A stretch of 64,000 nucleotides of DNA from Hydrurus foetidus (Eukaryota): contig UYFQ01000260.1 of the NCBI GenBank assembly GCA_900617105.1, forward strand, positions 248,001-312,000, read 5' to 3'. Below are positions 1 to 11,862 of this stretch, piece by piece. A program made the translations under genes and the position numbers. Below the pieces are notes generated by a model. The model made no database searches. It had not been told where the DNA came from and saw nothing but the letters and a program-made list of their open reading frames with translations. Each line of letters starts with the position of its first letter. Positions within the stretch are counted from its first letter, which is position 1.

Positions 1-51
1 GCCGAAAGTCCGCAGGACGGGTCGGCTCGAAGAGGATGGTGTCAAGGTCAT
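1..51 (-). CDS. 5' end of a gene divergent from the LysR regulator, truncated by the window edge; product unknown
   Basis: Minus strand GGAGA RBS then ATG at 51, open to position 1 (MTLTPSSSSRPVLRTFG). Confidence 0.55.
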   Translation of the reverse strand, partial: MTLTPSSSSRPVLRTFG

Positions 52-120
52 GATGTCTCCTATGGACGAGGAGACTAGCGGGCCAACCGCGGCCTGGACG
101 CTTGAGTTTCCGCCCATATA

Positions 121-137
121 GGTGAATGAATTTCACC
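121..137. promoter_or_regulatory. Inverted repeat, probable LysR-type operator
   Basis: GGTGAA-N5-TTCACC directly before the LysR ATG, between divergent genes. Confidence 0.5.
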
Positions 138-138
138 C

Positions 139-1059
139 ATGAAGCGCGACGCCCCCAGCTTTGCCGCCCTTAGGATCTTCGCCGTGGCGGCGCAGCGGCA
201 GAGTTTTCGCGATGCGGGTCTGGAGCTGGGCCTGACGCCCTCGGCGGTCAGTCACCAGGTGCGGGCCGTGGAAGCCTGGGTCGGCGCGCCGCTGTTTCTG
301 CGCCAGGTCCGGCAGGTTCGCCTGACGCCGCTCGGCGAAACCCTGAGCGCGCGGTTGTCGCAAGCCTTCTTCGATATCGACACCGCGCTTGGCCAGGCCA
401 AGCGGCAGTCCGTCTCGACAGGGCTGCGCATCGCGGCGCTGCCGCTGTTCACCAATGTCTGGCTGGTGCCCCGGCTGGCGCGGTTCGAAGCGCTGCATCC
501 AGACCTTTCCCTGTCGATCGACACCGAGGCGCGGGTGGTGGATCTCGAGAAGGGCGAAGCCGATGTCGCCATCCGCAATGTTGCGGCCGTAACCCCCGGC
601 CTGTTCGGCCACAAGCTGCTGGACCTGCGCGCCACGCCCCTTTGCACGCCCGAGATGGCGCAGACCGTGCGCGCGCCACAGGACCTGGCCCGGGCCACCT
701 TGATCGACCTGAGCGTCGGCCGCGCGGGCTGGCCGGAATGGTTTGCGGGGGTCGGTTGCCCGGGGCTTAAGCCGACCCGCACCCTGACCTTCGACAATGT
801 TCCCTCTGCGATCGACGCCGCAGCGCAGGGGCGCGGCGTGCTTCTGGGCCTGTTGCCGCTGGTGCTCGATGCGCCGAACGCCAGCCAGCTGGTCGCGCCC
901 CTGAAGCATCCCCCGGTGGATGCGGGGGCCTATTTTGTCGTTTGCCGCAAGGCCGATCGCGCCAGCGCCACCGTCCAGGCCTTCATGCACTGGCTGATCG
1001 AGGAGATGCAGGCGGATGTCGCCCGGCTGCGACGACTGGAGCGCGAGAGGCTGCAGTGA
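139..1059 (+). CDS. LysR-family transcriptional regulator (GcvA-like)
   Basis: N-terminal HTH SFRDAGLELGLTPSAVSHQVRAVE and substrate-binding domain WLVPRLARFEALHPD. Confidence 0.95.
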   Translation: MKRDAPSFAALRIFAVAAQRQSFRDAGLELGLTPSAVSHQVRAVEAWVGAPLFLRQVRQVRLTPLGETLSARLSQAFFDIDTALGQAKRQSVSTGLRIAALPLFTNVWLVPRLARFEALHPDLSLSIDTEARVVDLEKGEADVAIRNVAAVTPGLFGHKLLDLRATPLCTPEMAQTVRAPQDLARATLIDLSVGRAGWPEWFAGVGCPGLKPTRTLTFDNVPSAIDAAAQGRGVLLGLLPLVLDAPNASQLVAPLKHPPVDAGAYFVVCRKADRASATVQAFMHWLIEEMQADVARLRRLERERLQ

Positions 1060-1161
1060 TGGGGGGGCTCAGCAGGTGCGCCTTGGTCCGGCTTTGCCCC
1101 CTCGGCCCTGGAAAACGCATGAAAAGTTGACCTGCGTCCCATCCGCCGTCAAACACCGTCC

Positions 1162-1560
1162 CGGACCAGACGGTCGGGCGGTCGCGGTCCTCGCAAGAGG
1201 GCCGAGGAAAGTCCGGGCTCCACGGTGACAAGGCGGCGGGTAACGCCCGCCGGGAGCGATCCCAGGGATAGCGCCACAGAAAGCAAACCTCCTCCCTTTC
1301 GAGGGCGGGAAGGGTGAAAGGGTGGGGTAAGAGCCCACCGCGGACCTGGCGACAGGGACGGCATGGCAAGCCCCGCCTGGAGCAAGACCGAATAGGGACC
1401 CCGCGTCGACCTCGCGTCGACTAGGCCGTCACTGGCTGAGTAGGGTTCGGGTAGGTCGCGAGAACCGTCCAGCAATGGGCGGTCCAGAGGAATGATCGTC
1501 GCATTCTCGCCTCTCGGGGCAAGGGTGGCACAGAACCCGGCTTACAGACCGTCTGGTCCG
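1162..1560 (+). ncRNA. rnpB: RNase P RNA, class A
   Basis: GAGGAAAGTCCGGGC near the 5' end, ACAGAACCCGGCTTA near the 3' end, terminal stem CGGACCAGACGGTC/GACCGTCTGGTCCG. Confidence 0.97.
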
Positions 1561-1671
1561 TCTCTCCCCGTCTTGATTGTGGCGGGGAGGGGGCAGACGC
1601 CCCCCATCCCTCGTCATCGGACGATTTGACCCCTTGCGGGGCAAGCCTTTGGGCGCCCCTAACACTTAACA

Positions 1672-1686
1672 GTTCCGTGTATGTTC
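1672..1686 (+). promoter_or_regulatory. Candidate alphaproteobacterial LexA (SOS) box
   Basis: Exact GTTC-N7-GTTC (GTTCcgtgtatGTTC) in the rnpB-mraZ intergenic region. Confidence 0.45.
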
Positions 1687-1768
1687 TGTTGATGGCTTGT
1701 GATCACAAGTCACGGGCCCGTGCGACATCTTTGTTTTCGCGGCAAAATGCCCGCCGGTGTCATTGTTT

Positions 1769-1792
1769 CCCAGTTCATCCCATGTTAACCCA
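1769..1792 (-). promoter_or_regulatory. MraZ-type autoregulatory direct repeats
   Basis: Three CCCA (TGGG on the minus strand) at 1769, 1779 and 1789, exact 10-bp period, upstream of mraZ. Confidence 0.65.
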
Positions 1793-1850
1793 GTTGGGTC
1801 GGCAGCGATCGGGTTTCGCCGTGCGGCGGGGTCTCAAGGGGTAGGGCGAG

Positions 1851-2312
1851 GTGTTCCTCTCGACGTTCGAGAAGCAGGTGGACGGCAAGCGGCGCATCGT
1901 TGTGCCGCAGGACTTCCGCGCGGCGATCTCGGGCCCCGACGGCGTGGTCTGCTTCCCCTCCATCGAGGCCGATTGCCTGGAAGGTGGCGGAAAAGCCTTG
2001 TTTGACCGCTACTTGAGCGTGATCGAGGAGCTGGAATTCGGCGATCCGGTCCGCACGGCGCTGGAGACCAGCGTGCTGGGCGGCATGGCCAGGCTGTCGT
2101 TTGATACAGCTGGTCGCATTACGCTTCCCGATCACCTGTGCGAGATGTTCGGTCTGAGTGATTGGGTGACTGTCGTCGGTATGGGTGAGCGTTTTCAGAT
2201 CTGGTCGCGCGAGGCCTTCCAGGCCCACCGCGCCGCGCAACGCGAGCTGGCCCGCGAGGGTCTTGCGGCCATGCGGGTTCAGCGGCGCACCGCACGAATG
2301 GGCGGCGCATGA
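1851..2312 (+). CDS. mraZ: Transcriptional regulator MraZ
   Basis: Two DxxxR-type repeats ([20 protein letters not shown]); first gene of the dcw cluster. Confidence 0.95.
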   Translation: MFLSTFEKQVDGKRRIVVPQDFRAAISGPDGVVCFPSIEADCLEGGGKALFDRYLSVIEELEFGDPVRTALETSVLGGMARLSFDTAGRITLPDHLCEMFGLSDWVTVVGMGERFQIWSREAFQAHRAAQRELAREGLAAMRVQRRTARMGGA

Positions 2313-3245
2313 CCGAGGCCGCTCCCCACATCTCCGTCCTGCTCAACGAGATCGTTGACGCCCTGGCTCCCAAGCCGGGCGAGACGATCATCGACGGCAC
2401 CTTCGGCGCGGGCGGCTATACCCGCGCCATCCTGGCCACCGGCGCCAGCGTCGTGGGCTTTGACCGCGACCCGACCGTTCAGCGCTTTGCCGAAGGGCTG
2501 CCGGCTGACCGCTTCCGTCTGGTGCAGGACCGCTTCTCGCAGATGGCCGAACATTTCGAGCCGCAGTCGGTGGACGGCGTGGTGCTGGATATCGGCGTTT
2601 CGTCCATGCAGCTGGACGAGGCCGAGCGCGGCTTCTCGTTCATGCGCGACGGCCCGCTGGACATGCGGATGAGCGACACCGGTCCGACGGCCGCCGACCT
2701 CGTCAACGAGCTGGACCACACCGAGCTGGCCCGCATCCTCTATGTCTATGGCGAGGAGCACGCCTCGCGCCGCATCGCCAGCTTCCTGGTGCGCCGCCGC
2801 GAAGAGCGCAAGTTCGAGCGCACCCTGGATCTGGCCCATGTGATCGAGCGCGCCCTGGGCGGCCGCAAGGGCGCCAAGGTGCATCCGGCCACCCGCTCGT
2901 TCCAGGGCCTGCGCATCGCGGTCAATGAAGAACTGGCCGAGCTGGAGGCCGCTCTGGCCGCCGCCGAAGTCATCCTCAAGCCGGGCGGCCGGCTGGCGGT
3001 GGTCAGCTTCCATTCGCTGGAAGACCGCATCGTCAAAACTTCCTGGCCGAGCGGGCCGGGCGCACGCCAGGCGGTTCGCGCCACCTGCCGCGAAGCCGGC
3101 CGGTGCGCCGGCCAGCTTCCAGCTGATCGCCAACAAGGCCATCGCGCCGGGCGAGGCCGAACTGGCCGTCAATCCGCGCGCCCGCTCGTCCAAGCTGCGC
3201 GCCGCCATCCGCACGACCGCTCCGATCTGGGTGGATCTGTCGTGA
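2309..3245 (+). CDS. rsmH: 16S rRNA m4C1402 methyltransferase, frameshifts near 3040-3090
   Basis: [50 protein letters not shown] in a second frame. Confidence 0.95.
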
Positions 3246-3686
3246 GCGTCTCGGGTCTGTTCAATCGTCGGGTTCGCGGCTTTCCGCTGGTCGAGAGTCG
3301 TGGGTCTGGGCGTTTTGCTGACCCTGGTCACCGGCGTCTATCTGGCCAAGACGGTCGCCGGCCGCGAGCGCCGAGATCGCCCGCATCGAGCGCGAGATCG
3401 AGGACGAGCAGGCTCGCAAGCGCCTGCTTGAGGCCGAGGTCGCCCATCTGGAGCAGCCCCGCCGCATCGAGGCCCTGGCCCTGGCCATGGGTCTGCAGTC
3501 CGTTGCGGCCGCCCACGAGACGACCGAGGACGCCCTGATCGACGTGGCCCGCAACCGCGCGCCGCCCGCGCCCGTCGAGCTTCACGCCGCGACGGTGGCG
3601 CCCGACGCCCTGGCCGCCGATGCGCCCGAGCCGGGGCCGGACGACGCGCCGACTTCGTCCGTTCCGCAAGGGGAGGGGCGCGATGA
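3242..3686 (+). CDS. ftsL: Cell division protein FtsL-like, frameshifted
   Basis: Lies between rsmH and ftsI; TM segment then coiled coil, [20 protein letters not shown] readable at about 3421-3480. Confidence 0.75.
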
Positions 3687-5430
3687 GCCTCTCCAACCTG
3701 GGTCCGTCCGGCTTTCAGCCCGGCCTGGCGCTGGTTGGTCGAGCGCGTCTGGCGCCTGGAACACGCCTTCGAGCGCTCGCGCGCCGCCGCCAAGCCCGAA
3801 GACGACACCCGCATCCGCATCTTCTTCGTGATGGCCTTTTTCGGCCTGTGCTTCGTGGGCCTGGCCCTGGGGGCAAGCGGCTCGGCCCTGTTCTCCAACG
3901 CCGGCAAGGGCGCGGGCTATCTGGCCTCGACCGAGGGCGCACGGGGCGATCTGGTGGACCGTGATGGCCGCCTGCTGGCCGTCGACCTGACCCACTACGC
4001 CCTGTACGTCGATCCCAAGGAAGTCTGGGACAAGGCCGAAGCGCGTCGCGCGCTCGGCAGGGCCCTGCCCGAAGTGCCCGCCAAGCGCCTGGACAAGGTC
4101 GTGTTCGGCGACCGTCGCACCTTTCTGCTGGGCGGCCTGACGCCTGAGCAGAAGGACGCCATCTTCAACCTGGGTCTGCCGGGCATCTCGTTCGAGGAGC
4201 AGGGCCGCCGCATCTATCCGCTGGGCGCCACCGCCGCTCATCTGGTCGGTTTCGTCGACAGCGGCGGCAAGGGGCTGGCCGGGGCCGAGCGGGCTCTGGA
4301 CAAGCCGATCCGGCAGGCGGCCGGCGGCGGTGGTCCCACCGTTCTGTCGATCGACATCCGCGTGCAGGCGGCCCTGGAAGACGAGTTGCGCAAGGCTGCG
4401 CAGGAGTTCCAGCCGCGCGGCGCGGTGGGCCTGGTGACCAATGTCCACACCGGCGAAATCCTGGGCATGGCCAGCTATCCCGACTTCGATCCCAACAAGG
4501 CCGGGACCGCCACCGACGACCAGAAGCTGAACCGGGCGGCCGGCGCGGTGTATGAAATGGGCTCGACCTTCAAGGCCTTTACCGTGGCCATCGGCCTGGA
4601 CACCGGCGTCGCCACCCCGACCTCGACCTTCGACGCCCGCGAGCCTTACAAGCTGGGCTATCGCACGATCCACGACTACCACGCCGCCAAGGCGATCCTG
4701 ACCCTGGTCGAGGTGTTCAAGCACTCGTCCAACATCGGCACCGCCAAGCTGGCGGTCGGCGTCGGGGCCCAGCGGCTGAGCCAGTACTTCAGCAATCTGG
4801 GCCTGACCAAGCCGGCCAAGGTCGAGCTGCTGGAATCGGCCCGCCCCCTGACCCCGCGCAAGTGGGACGAGGACGCTGTGGCCTCCACCTCGTTCGGCCA
4901 CGGCATGAACATCACGCCCCTGGCCCTGGCCGAGGCCATGGGCCCGCTGCTGAACGGCGGCGCCCGTCCGCCCCTGACCATCCGCAAACTGGCCCAGGGC
5001 GTGCGGCCCGAAGGTCCGCGCGTGCTGACCGAGGAAACCTCGCAACAGATGCTGCGGATCATGCGGGCCAATGTCATTCCCGGCGAAGGCGGCAGCGGCG
5101 GCAAGGCCGACGTGGCCGGCCTGTCGGTGGGCGGCAAGACCGGCACCGGCGAGAAGTACGACCCCGCCCTCAAGGCCTATAACCACCAGCGTCAGGTCTC
5201 GTCCTTCGCGGCGGTGTTCCCGACGGACGGCCCGCTGGAGGCCGACCGCTATTTCGTGCTGATCCTGCTGGACGAACCCAAGGGCAACGCCCGCACCTTT
5301 GGCTTCTCGACCGGCGGCTGGGTGGCCGCGCCGGCCGCCGGCAAGGTGATCGAGCGCATCGCCCCGTTCCTGGGCGTGCATCGCAAGCCGCAGATCATGC
5401 CGTCTCCATCGCAAAACACCAGGGACCGGC
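3683..5430 (+). CDS. ftsI: Penicillin-binding protein 3 (division transpeptidase); ends affected by indels
   Basis: RGDLVDRDG, GSTFK, SSN and KTG motifs. Confidence 0.95.
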
Positions 5431-5432
5431 CT

Positions 5433-6861
5433 GTGACGCTGTCCGACCTTCTCGCCGCGACCTGCCCGATAGTCCGGTGATCACCGGGGTGACGGCCGAC
5501 AGCCGCAAGGTCGGGCCCTCGCCCTCCCGCCGGGCACGAAAGTCGATGGCCAGCTTCGCCCCCAGGGCCATCGCCGCAGGCGCGGCCGCCGTGCTGGGTC
5601 CGGTCGGCATGGAGACCTTCTCGGTCCCGACCGTGAAGGTCGAGGATCCGCGCCGCGCCTATGCCCTGGCCTCGGCCGCCTTCTGGGGCGCCCAGCCGGC
5701 GATCTGCATCGCCATCACCGGCACCAACGGCAAGACCTCGGTGGCCGGCTTCTGTCGCCAGATCTTCGCGCGACTCGGCCACAAGGCCGCCAGCATGGGA
5801 ACCCTGGGCGTCGTGGTCAGTGGGCCCGGCGCTGCGGACCAGCAACTGACCCCTCCCGGCCTCACCACCCCTGACGCGGCCGATGTGGCCGAGATGATGG
5901 CGCGTCTGGCGCGCGAGGGTGTCACCCACCTGGCGGTCGAGGCCTCGTCGCACGGCGTGGATCAACGCCGCCTGGACGGGGTGAGCCTGAAGGCCGCCGG
6001 CTTTACCAACTTCACCCAGGATCACCTCGACTATCACGGCTCGATGGAGAGCTATCGCGACGCCAAGCTGCGCCTGTTCGACGCCCTGCTGCCCATTGGC
6101 GCGACGGCGGTGCTGAACAGCGACAGCGACGCGTTTCCGGTCTTCGCCGCCGCAGCGTGATGTCGGGCCAGGCGTGTTCTCGGTGGGCGACGGGGCCGGG
6201 ACTCAAGCTGGTCTCGCGCGCCCTGCCCGAGGGCCAGCCCTGACGGTCGAGGCGGCCGGCCAGACTCACACCGTCGAGCTGCCGCTGGCCGGGCCTTCCA
6301 GGCCAGCAACGTGCTGGTCGCGGCCGGGCTGTGCATCGCCACCGGCGAGGACACGGCCGCCGTGCTCAAGGCGCTGGAAAGCCTGGAAGGCGCGGCCGGT
6401 CGTCTGCAGCGCGTGGGTCGCGGCGCCCGGGGCGGCGAGGCCTATGTCGACTACGCCCACACCCCGGACGGACTGGAGACCGTCCTGGAAGCCCTGCGCC
6501 CGCACACGGCCGGCAAGCTGATCGTGGTGTTCGGCGCGGGCGGTGATCGCGATCGCGGTAAAAGGCCCTGATGGGCGAGATCGCCGCGCGGCTGGCCGAC
6601 ATCGCCATCGTCACCGACGACAATCCGCGCTCGGAAGAGCCCGCCTCGATCCGCGCCGCCATCCTGGCCGCTGCGCCGGGCGCGACCGAGATCGGCGACC
6701 GCCGCGCCGCCATCCGCGCCGCCGCCGCCCAGATGGTCGAGGGCGACGTGCTGGTCGTGGCCGGCAAGGGTCACGAGCAGGGGCAGCTGGTGGCCGGCGT
6801 CAATCACCCGTTCGACGATGTGACCGAAACCCTCGCCGCGCTGGAGATGGCTGATGTCTGA
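5433..6861 (+). CDS. murE: UDP-MurNAc-tripeptide synthetase, several frameshifts
   Basis: [41 protein letters not shown] across ORF pieces. Confidence 0.93.
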
Positions 6862-8236
6862 GCCCCTCTGGACCGCCCAAGAGATTGCCGCCGCCACCGG
6901 CGGCAAGGTCACGCAGGACTTCTCCGCCACTGGCGTCTCGATCGACAGCCGCAGCATCGAGCCTGGCGACCTGTTCGTGGCCCTGACCGGCGCGCGGGAC
7001 GGCCATGAGTTCGTCGTTCAGACCAATGACAAGGGCGCGGCCGGCGCGCTCGTCTCCAAGCCCGTGCCCGTGCCGGCGGTGCTGGTCGAGGACACCTTCC
7101 GGGGTCTAGAGCGTCTGGGCGGCTCGCCTGCGCGCCCCTCAGGCCCGTCGCGGGGCGATCACCGGCTCGGTCGGCAAGACCAGCGTCACCCGCGCCGTCG
7201 AGGCCGGCCTGCGTCTGGCCGGCAAGGCCCATGCCTCGGTCAAGTCGTACAACAACCATATCGGCGTTCCCCTGACCCTGGCCCGCATGCCGCGCGACAC
7301 CGAGCGCGCCGTGTTCGAAGTGGGCATGAACCACGCCGACGAGATCGTGCCGCTGTCGCGGATGATCCGTCCGCACGCCGTGGCCATCACCACCGTCGGC
7401 CCCGTGCACCTGGAAAACTTCGCCGACGGCGAGGCGGGCGTCGCCCGCGCCAAGGCCGAGATCTTCGCCGGCCTGGAGCCCGAGGGCGTGGCGGTGCTGA
7501 ACGCCGACAATCCCTGGTTTGAGTTGCTGAGCGAAGAGGCCAGGAAGGCCGGCGCCACCATCTGGAGCTTCGGCTCGGGCGAGGGCGTCACCGCCCGGCT
7601 GCTCGCATTCGAGGTCATTGAGGACGGCGCCCTGGTCACCGTCGATCTGCGCGGCGAGCTGATCAAGTTCCCGCTGCTGCAGACCGGCGTCCACTGGGGC
7701 CCCAACAGCCTGTGCGTGCTGCTGATGCTGGAAGCCCTGGGCGTGGATCGCGACACCGGCCTGCAGGCCCTGGCGACCTTCGAGCCGATCGAGGGGCGCG
7801 GCGCCGAGACGATCGTCAAGATCGACGGCGGCGCCTTCACCTTGGTCGACGAGAGCTACAACGCCAATCCGGTCTCGATGCAGGCGGCCCTGACGACGCT
7901 GGGCGCGCGCCGGTTGCAGGCCGGCGGATCACCGTTTTGACCGACATGCTCGAACTGGGCGAGGGCAGCGCCCGGTTTCACGCCGAGCTTGCAGGCCCGC
8001 TGGAGGCCGCCAACGTCGATCTTGTCTTTCTGGCAGGCGTCCACATGAAATCACTGTGGGAGGCGCTTCCGCCGACTCGGCGGGGCGGCTACGCGGAGAT
8101 TACCGAAAAGTTAACGACGAAGCTGACGGCCGCGATCCGGCCGGGCGACGTGGTGATGGTTAAGGGGTCGAATGGCTCCAGGGCTGGCGTTCTCGCCAAG
8201 GCTCTGGCGGCGCTTGATCTTGGGGAACGGGGCTGA
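6854..8236 (+). CDS. murF: UDP-MurNAc-pentapeptide synthetase, frameshifted
   Basis: [35 protein letters not shown]. Confidence 0.93.
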
Positions 8237-9345
8237 TGCTGTATTTTCTGTATGAATGGCTGGCGCGCGGCCAAGAGCACGTGCCGCTGCTGAACCTGCT
8301 GAAGTACCTGACCTTCAGGACCGGCATGGCCATGCTGACGGCCTATATCGTCGCCGTCGCCATGGGCTCGCGCTTCATCCGCTGGATGAAGGCCCGCCAG
8401 GGCAAGGGTCAGCCGATCCGCACCGACGGCATCGCCCGCCACATCACCGAAAGGCCGGCACGCCCACCATGGGCGGCTTCATGATCCTGGCCGGCCTGTT
8501 CGTCGGCGCCATCCTGTGGGCCGACCTGCGCAACATCCATATCTGGGTGGTGCTGCTGATCACCGGCAGCTACGGCGTGCTGGGCTTCATGGACGACTAC
8601 GCCAAGGTCACCAAGCAGACCACGGCCGGCCTCTCCAGCGGCCAGAAGCTGGTCGCCCAGTTCATCGTGGCCATCGCCGCCACCGTGCTGCTGATCCTGT
8701 TTGCGCCCAAGCAGGACATGGCGCCGGGCATGGAGACCAGCCTGGTCTTCCCGTTCTTCAAGACGCTGGTGATCAACCTCGGCTGGTTCTATGTGGCCTT
8801 TGCCGCCGTCACCATCGCCGGCTTCTCCAACGCCGTGAACCTGACCGACGGGCTGGACGGCCTGGCCATCGTGCCGGTGATGATCGCCGCGGCGACCTTC
8901 GGCCTGATCACCTATCTGGTCGGCAACTACAAGTTCGCCGACTATCTGAACCTGCACTTCGCGCCCGGCGTCGGCGAGCTGGCGGTGCTGTGCGGCGCGA
9001 TCATCGGCGGAGGCATGGGCTTCCTCTGGTACAACGCCCCGCCAGCCAAGATCTTCATGGGCGACACCGGCTCGCTGGCGCTCGGCGGCGCCTGGGCGCC
9101 ATCGCCGTGTGCTCCAAGCACGAACTGGTGCTGGGCATTGTCGGGGACTGTTCGTGGCCGAGGCGCTCAGTGTCATCATCCAGGTCGGCTACTTCAAGAA
9201 GACCGGCAAGCGGGTCTTCCTGATGGCCCCGATCCACCACCATTTCGAAAAGCTGGGCTGGGCTGAATCCACCGTCGTGATCCGCTTCTGGATCGTGGCG
9301 ATGATGCTGTCCTTCGTCGGCCTCGCCACTCTGAAGCTGAGATAG
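8236..9345 (+). CDS. mraY: Phospho-MurNAc-pentapeptide transferase, frameshifted
   Basis: [39 protein letters not shown]. Confidence 0.95.
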
Positions 9346-9356
9346 GGAGCCAGATC

Positions 9357-10808
9357 ATGATCCCCGTCCGTGGTTTCGAGGGCAAGACCGTCGCGGTGTT
9401 CGGCCTGGGCCGCACCGGCCTGACGGCCGCGCGCGCCTCGTGGCCGGCGGGGCCAATGTGGCGGTGTGGGACGAAACCCCGCCAGCCAGGACGCCGCCAT
9501 GGCCGAGGGCTTCAAGGTCGTCGACCTGCGCTCGGCCGACTGGAGCCTGTTCTCGGCCCTGATGCTGTCGCCCGGCGTGCCGCTGACCCATCCCCAGCCG
9601 CACTGGACGGTGAAGATGGCCCGCGACGCCGGGGTCGAGATCCTGGGCGACATCGAGCTCTTCGCCCGCACGGTCAACGCCGCCCCGCCGCACAAGCGCC
9701 CCAAGATCATCGCCATCACCGGCACCAACGGCAAGTCGACGACCACGGCCCTGATCGGCCACCTGTGCGCCTCGGCCGGCCGCGACACCCGCGTCGGCGG
9801 CAATATCGGCGCCGGCGTGCTGGGCCTGGAAGACATGCACGGCGGCGCCGTCTATGTGCTGGAACTCTCCTCGTACCAGCTGGACCTGACCAGCAGCCTC
9901 AAGGCCGACGCCACGGTGCTGCTCAACATCTCGCCCGACCACCTGGACCGTCACGGCGGCATGGACGGCTATATCGCCGCCAAGCGCCGGATCTTCCTCA
10001 ACCAGGGCAAGGGCGACACCGCCATCATCGGCGTCGACGATCCGTGGTGCCAGCAGATCTGCACCGAGATCACCGCCGCCAACCGCCGCACCATCTGGCC
10101 GATCAGCGCCGGCAAGACCATGGGCCAGGGGTCTATGCCCTGCAGGGCGTGCTGTACGACGCCACCGGCGACCGGGTCACCGAGATGGCCGACCTGCTGC
10201 GCGCCCGCAGCCTGCCGGGCCGCCACAACTGGCAGAACGCCTGCGCCGCCTACGCCGCCGCCACCGCCATCGGCATCCCGGCCCACGACGTGGTCGAGGG
10301 CCTGATGACCTTCCCGGGCCTGGCCCACCGGATGGAGACCGTCGGCAAGATCGGCCGCGTGCGCTTCGTCAACGACAGCAAGGCCACCAACGCCGACGCC
10401 GCCCGCCAGGCGATGAGCAGCTATCCCAAGTTCTACTGGATCGCCGGCGGCGTGCCCAAGGCCGGCGGCATCAGCGACCTGCACGACCTCTTCCCGCGCG
10501 TGGCCAAGGCCTATCTGATCGGCGAGGCCGCCGAAGACTTCGCCGCCACGCTGGAGGGCAAGGCCCCGGTGCGGCTGTGCGGCTCGATCGAGGTGGCCAC
10601 GGCGGCGGCGTTCTCCGACGCCATGGACAGCGGCGAGGACGCCATCGTGCTGCTGTCACCGGCCTGCGCGTCGTTCGACCAGTTCGCGGACTTCGAAGCG
10701 CGGGGCGAGGCGTTCAGGGCGGCGGTTGAAGGGTTGGGGAAGATCGGGGCTAAGGCGGCGCGGGGTAGGGGGCGGGGCTATGGTGCGAATGACAATCGAT
10801 TTGTTTGA
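9357..10808 (+). CDS. murD: UDP-MurNAc-L-Ala:D-Glu ligase, frameshifted
   Basis: GLGRTG, ITGTNGKSTT, ELSSYQL, NDSKATN, LLSPACASFDQF. Confidence 0.95.
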   Translation: MIPVRGFEGKTVAVFGLGRTGLTAARASWPAGPMWRCGTKPRQPGRRHGRGLQGRRPALGRLEPVLGPDAVARRAADPSPAALDGEDGPRRRGRDPGRHRALRPHGQRRPAAQAPQDHRHHRHQRQVDDHGPDRPPVRLGRPRHPRRRQYRRRRAGPGRHARRRRLCAGTLLVPAGPDQQPQGRRHGAAQHLARPPGPSRRHGRLYRRQAPDLPQPGQGRHRHHRRRRSVVPADLHRDHRRQPPHHLADQRRQDHGPGVYALQGVLYDATGDRVTEMADLLRARSLPGRHNWQNACAAYAAATAIGIPAHDVVEGLMTFPGLAHRMETVGKIGRVRFVNDSKATNADAARQAMSSYPKFYWIAGGVPKAGGISDLHDLFPRVAKAYLIGEAAEDFAATLEGKAPVRLCGSIEVATAAAFSDAMDSGEDAIVLLSPACASFDQFADFEARGEAFRAAVEGLGKIGAKAARGRGRGYGANDNRFV

Positions 10809-11765
10809 GCACCGTACTAATCAAACAACGTACCTGGGACTTGCCGTGTGGGGCCATTCCTGTCGAAGATCGTACTTCCCCTGTTTATCGTGCCGGCGAC
10901 CGGTTACTTCCCGCAGGTATACCGCGTTTTGGGTCGGGCCTAGCGTAAATTTTATTATCACCGCAACGCATACTGTCGCCGACGCGATGAAGCATGATGG
11001 CCGATTCGCCGAGCCTTATCTTCCGGAGCTTCCGGCGAAGGCTAGCTAACCAACGTGTGCTTATACGTTCTTCATCCGAGCGAGCCTCAAGGCAGCTTTA
11101 CCCTTATTCGCTTGAGAATCTTAACGGCGGTTGGCCGTTAGATGTCATCTTCGGCTATCCGGTTTTGAGCACGGTCGAGTTACAGGATCTTGCCTTTAAG
11201 TTTCGATCCTCCTCGGATTGGGAAACCGTCTGGAGTGTCGGCTATCATGCCATCACACGGTTCCGGCACTTGAGTTCGAAATAATACCTGCGACTGGCTT
11301 GGCAATTTCAAGCATAGATTTTGGTTGTTGAAGAGCCAAGGTTAGAGGATTTTTGTCAGAACGATTTGCTCGCGGCTTTGTTGGAAGGGCCTTGCTTTAG
11401 CACGTGAATTCCATCGATCATGGCTGAGTGGAGGTCCAGTCATTTCTGCGATGGCAGGATCGTTGAATCAATTCCGCCGGTGCAGAACTCTATTTTGATC
11501 GCCCTGCCGCACTGGCGTCGATATCGCAGTATCCATTGTTGGTTTGCAATTTACAGTATGGGGCTCAGATTGGTCCTGCCAGGATAAACGATCTCGACCC
11601 TTGTTTGACTTGGTTGGTCGAGGCCAAATTCGTAGTGATGGAAGCGAGGTCAACGTCGCCTTCCGCCGAGATGAAGCAACCAATCAAGTCGGCGTAAGCC
11701 CGCGATCGAAGGTCGATCATGGATTTGTCCATAATGACTTTTCTGGATTTCTAGGGGCTCTGTGA
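10789..11765 (+). CDS. Lower-GC fragmented gene, probable trypsin-like serine protease
   Basis: TAFWVG..FIITATH (His at 10969), ELQDLAF, and HG(x)SGGPV at 11419-11441 with one base missing; several indels. Confidence 0.55.
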
Positions 11766-11862
11766 GCCAGCCCGTTGGCGGACCCTTCACGCGGTTGGTG
11801 CGGAAACCACCGATCCAGACAGGTGGCTTTCCGCCTCACCCGCCAACGCGGGTGCAGCCCGA

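Noticed and set aside
983..1665. ORFs 983-1369, 1069-1338, 1149-1475 and 1429-1665
   Set aside because: Shadow ORFs over the RNase P RNA gene.
3582..5414. Long antisense ORFs (also 15963-17456, 27303-29219, 33093-34775, 46475-48250, 55976-57364)
   Set aside because: Typical antisense shadows of high-GC genes with strong codon bias; no independent motifs.
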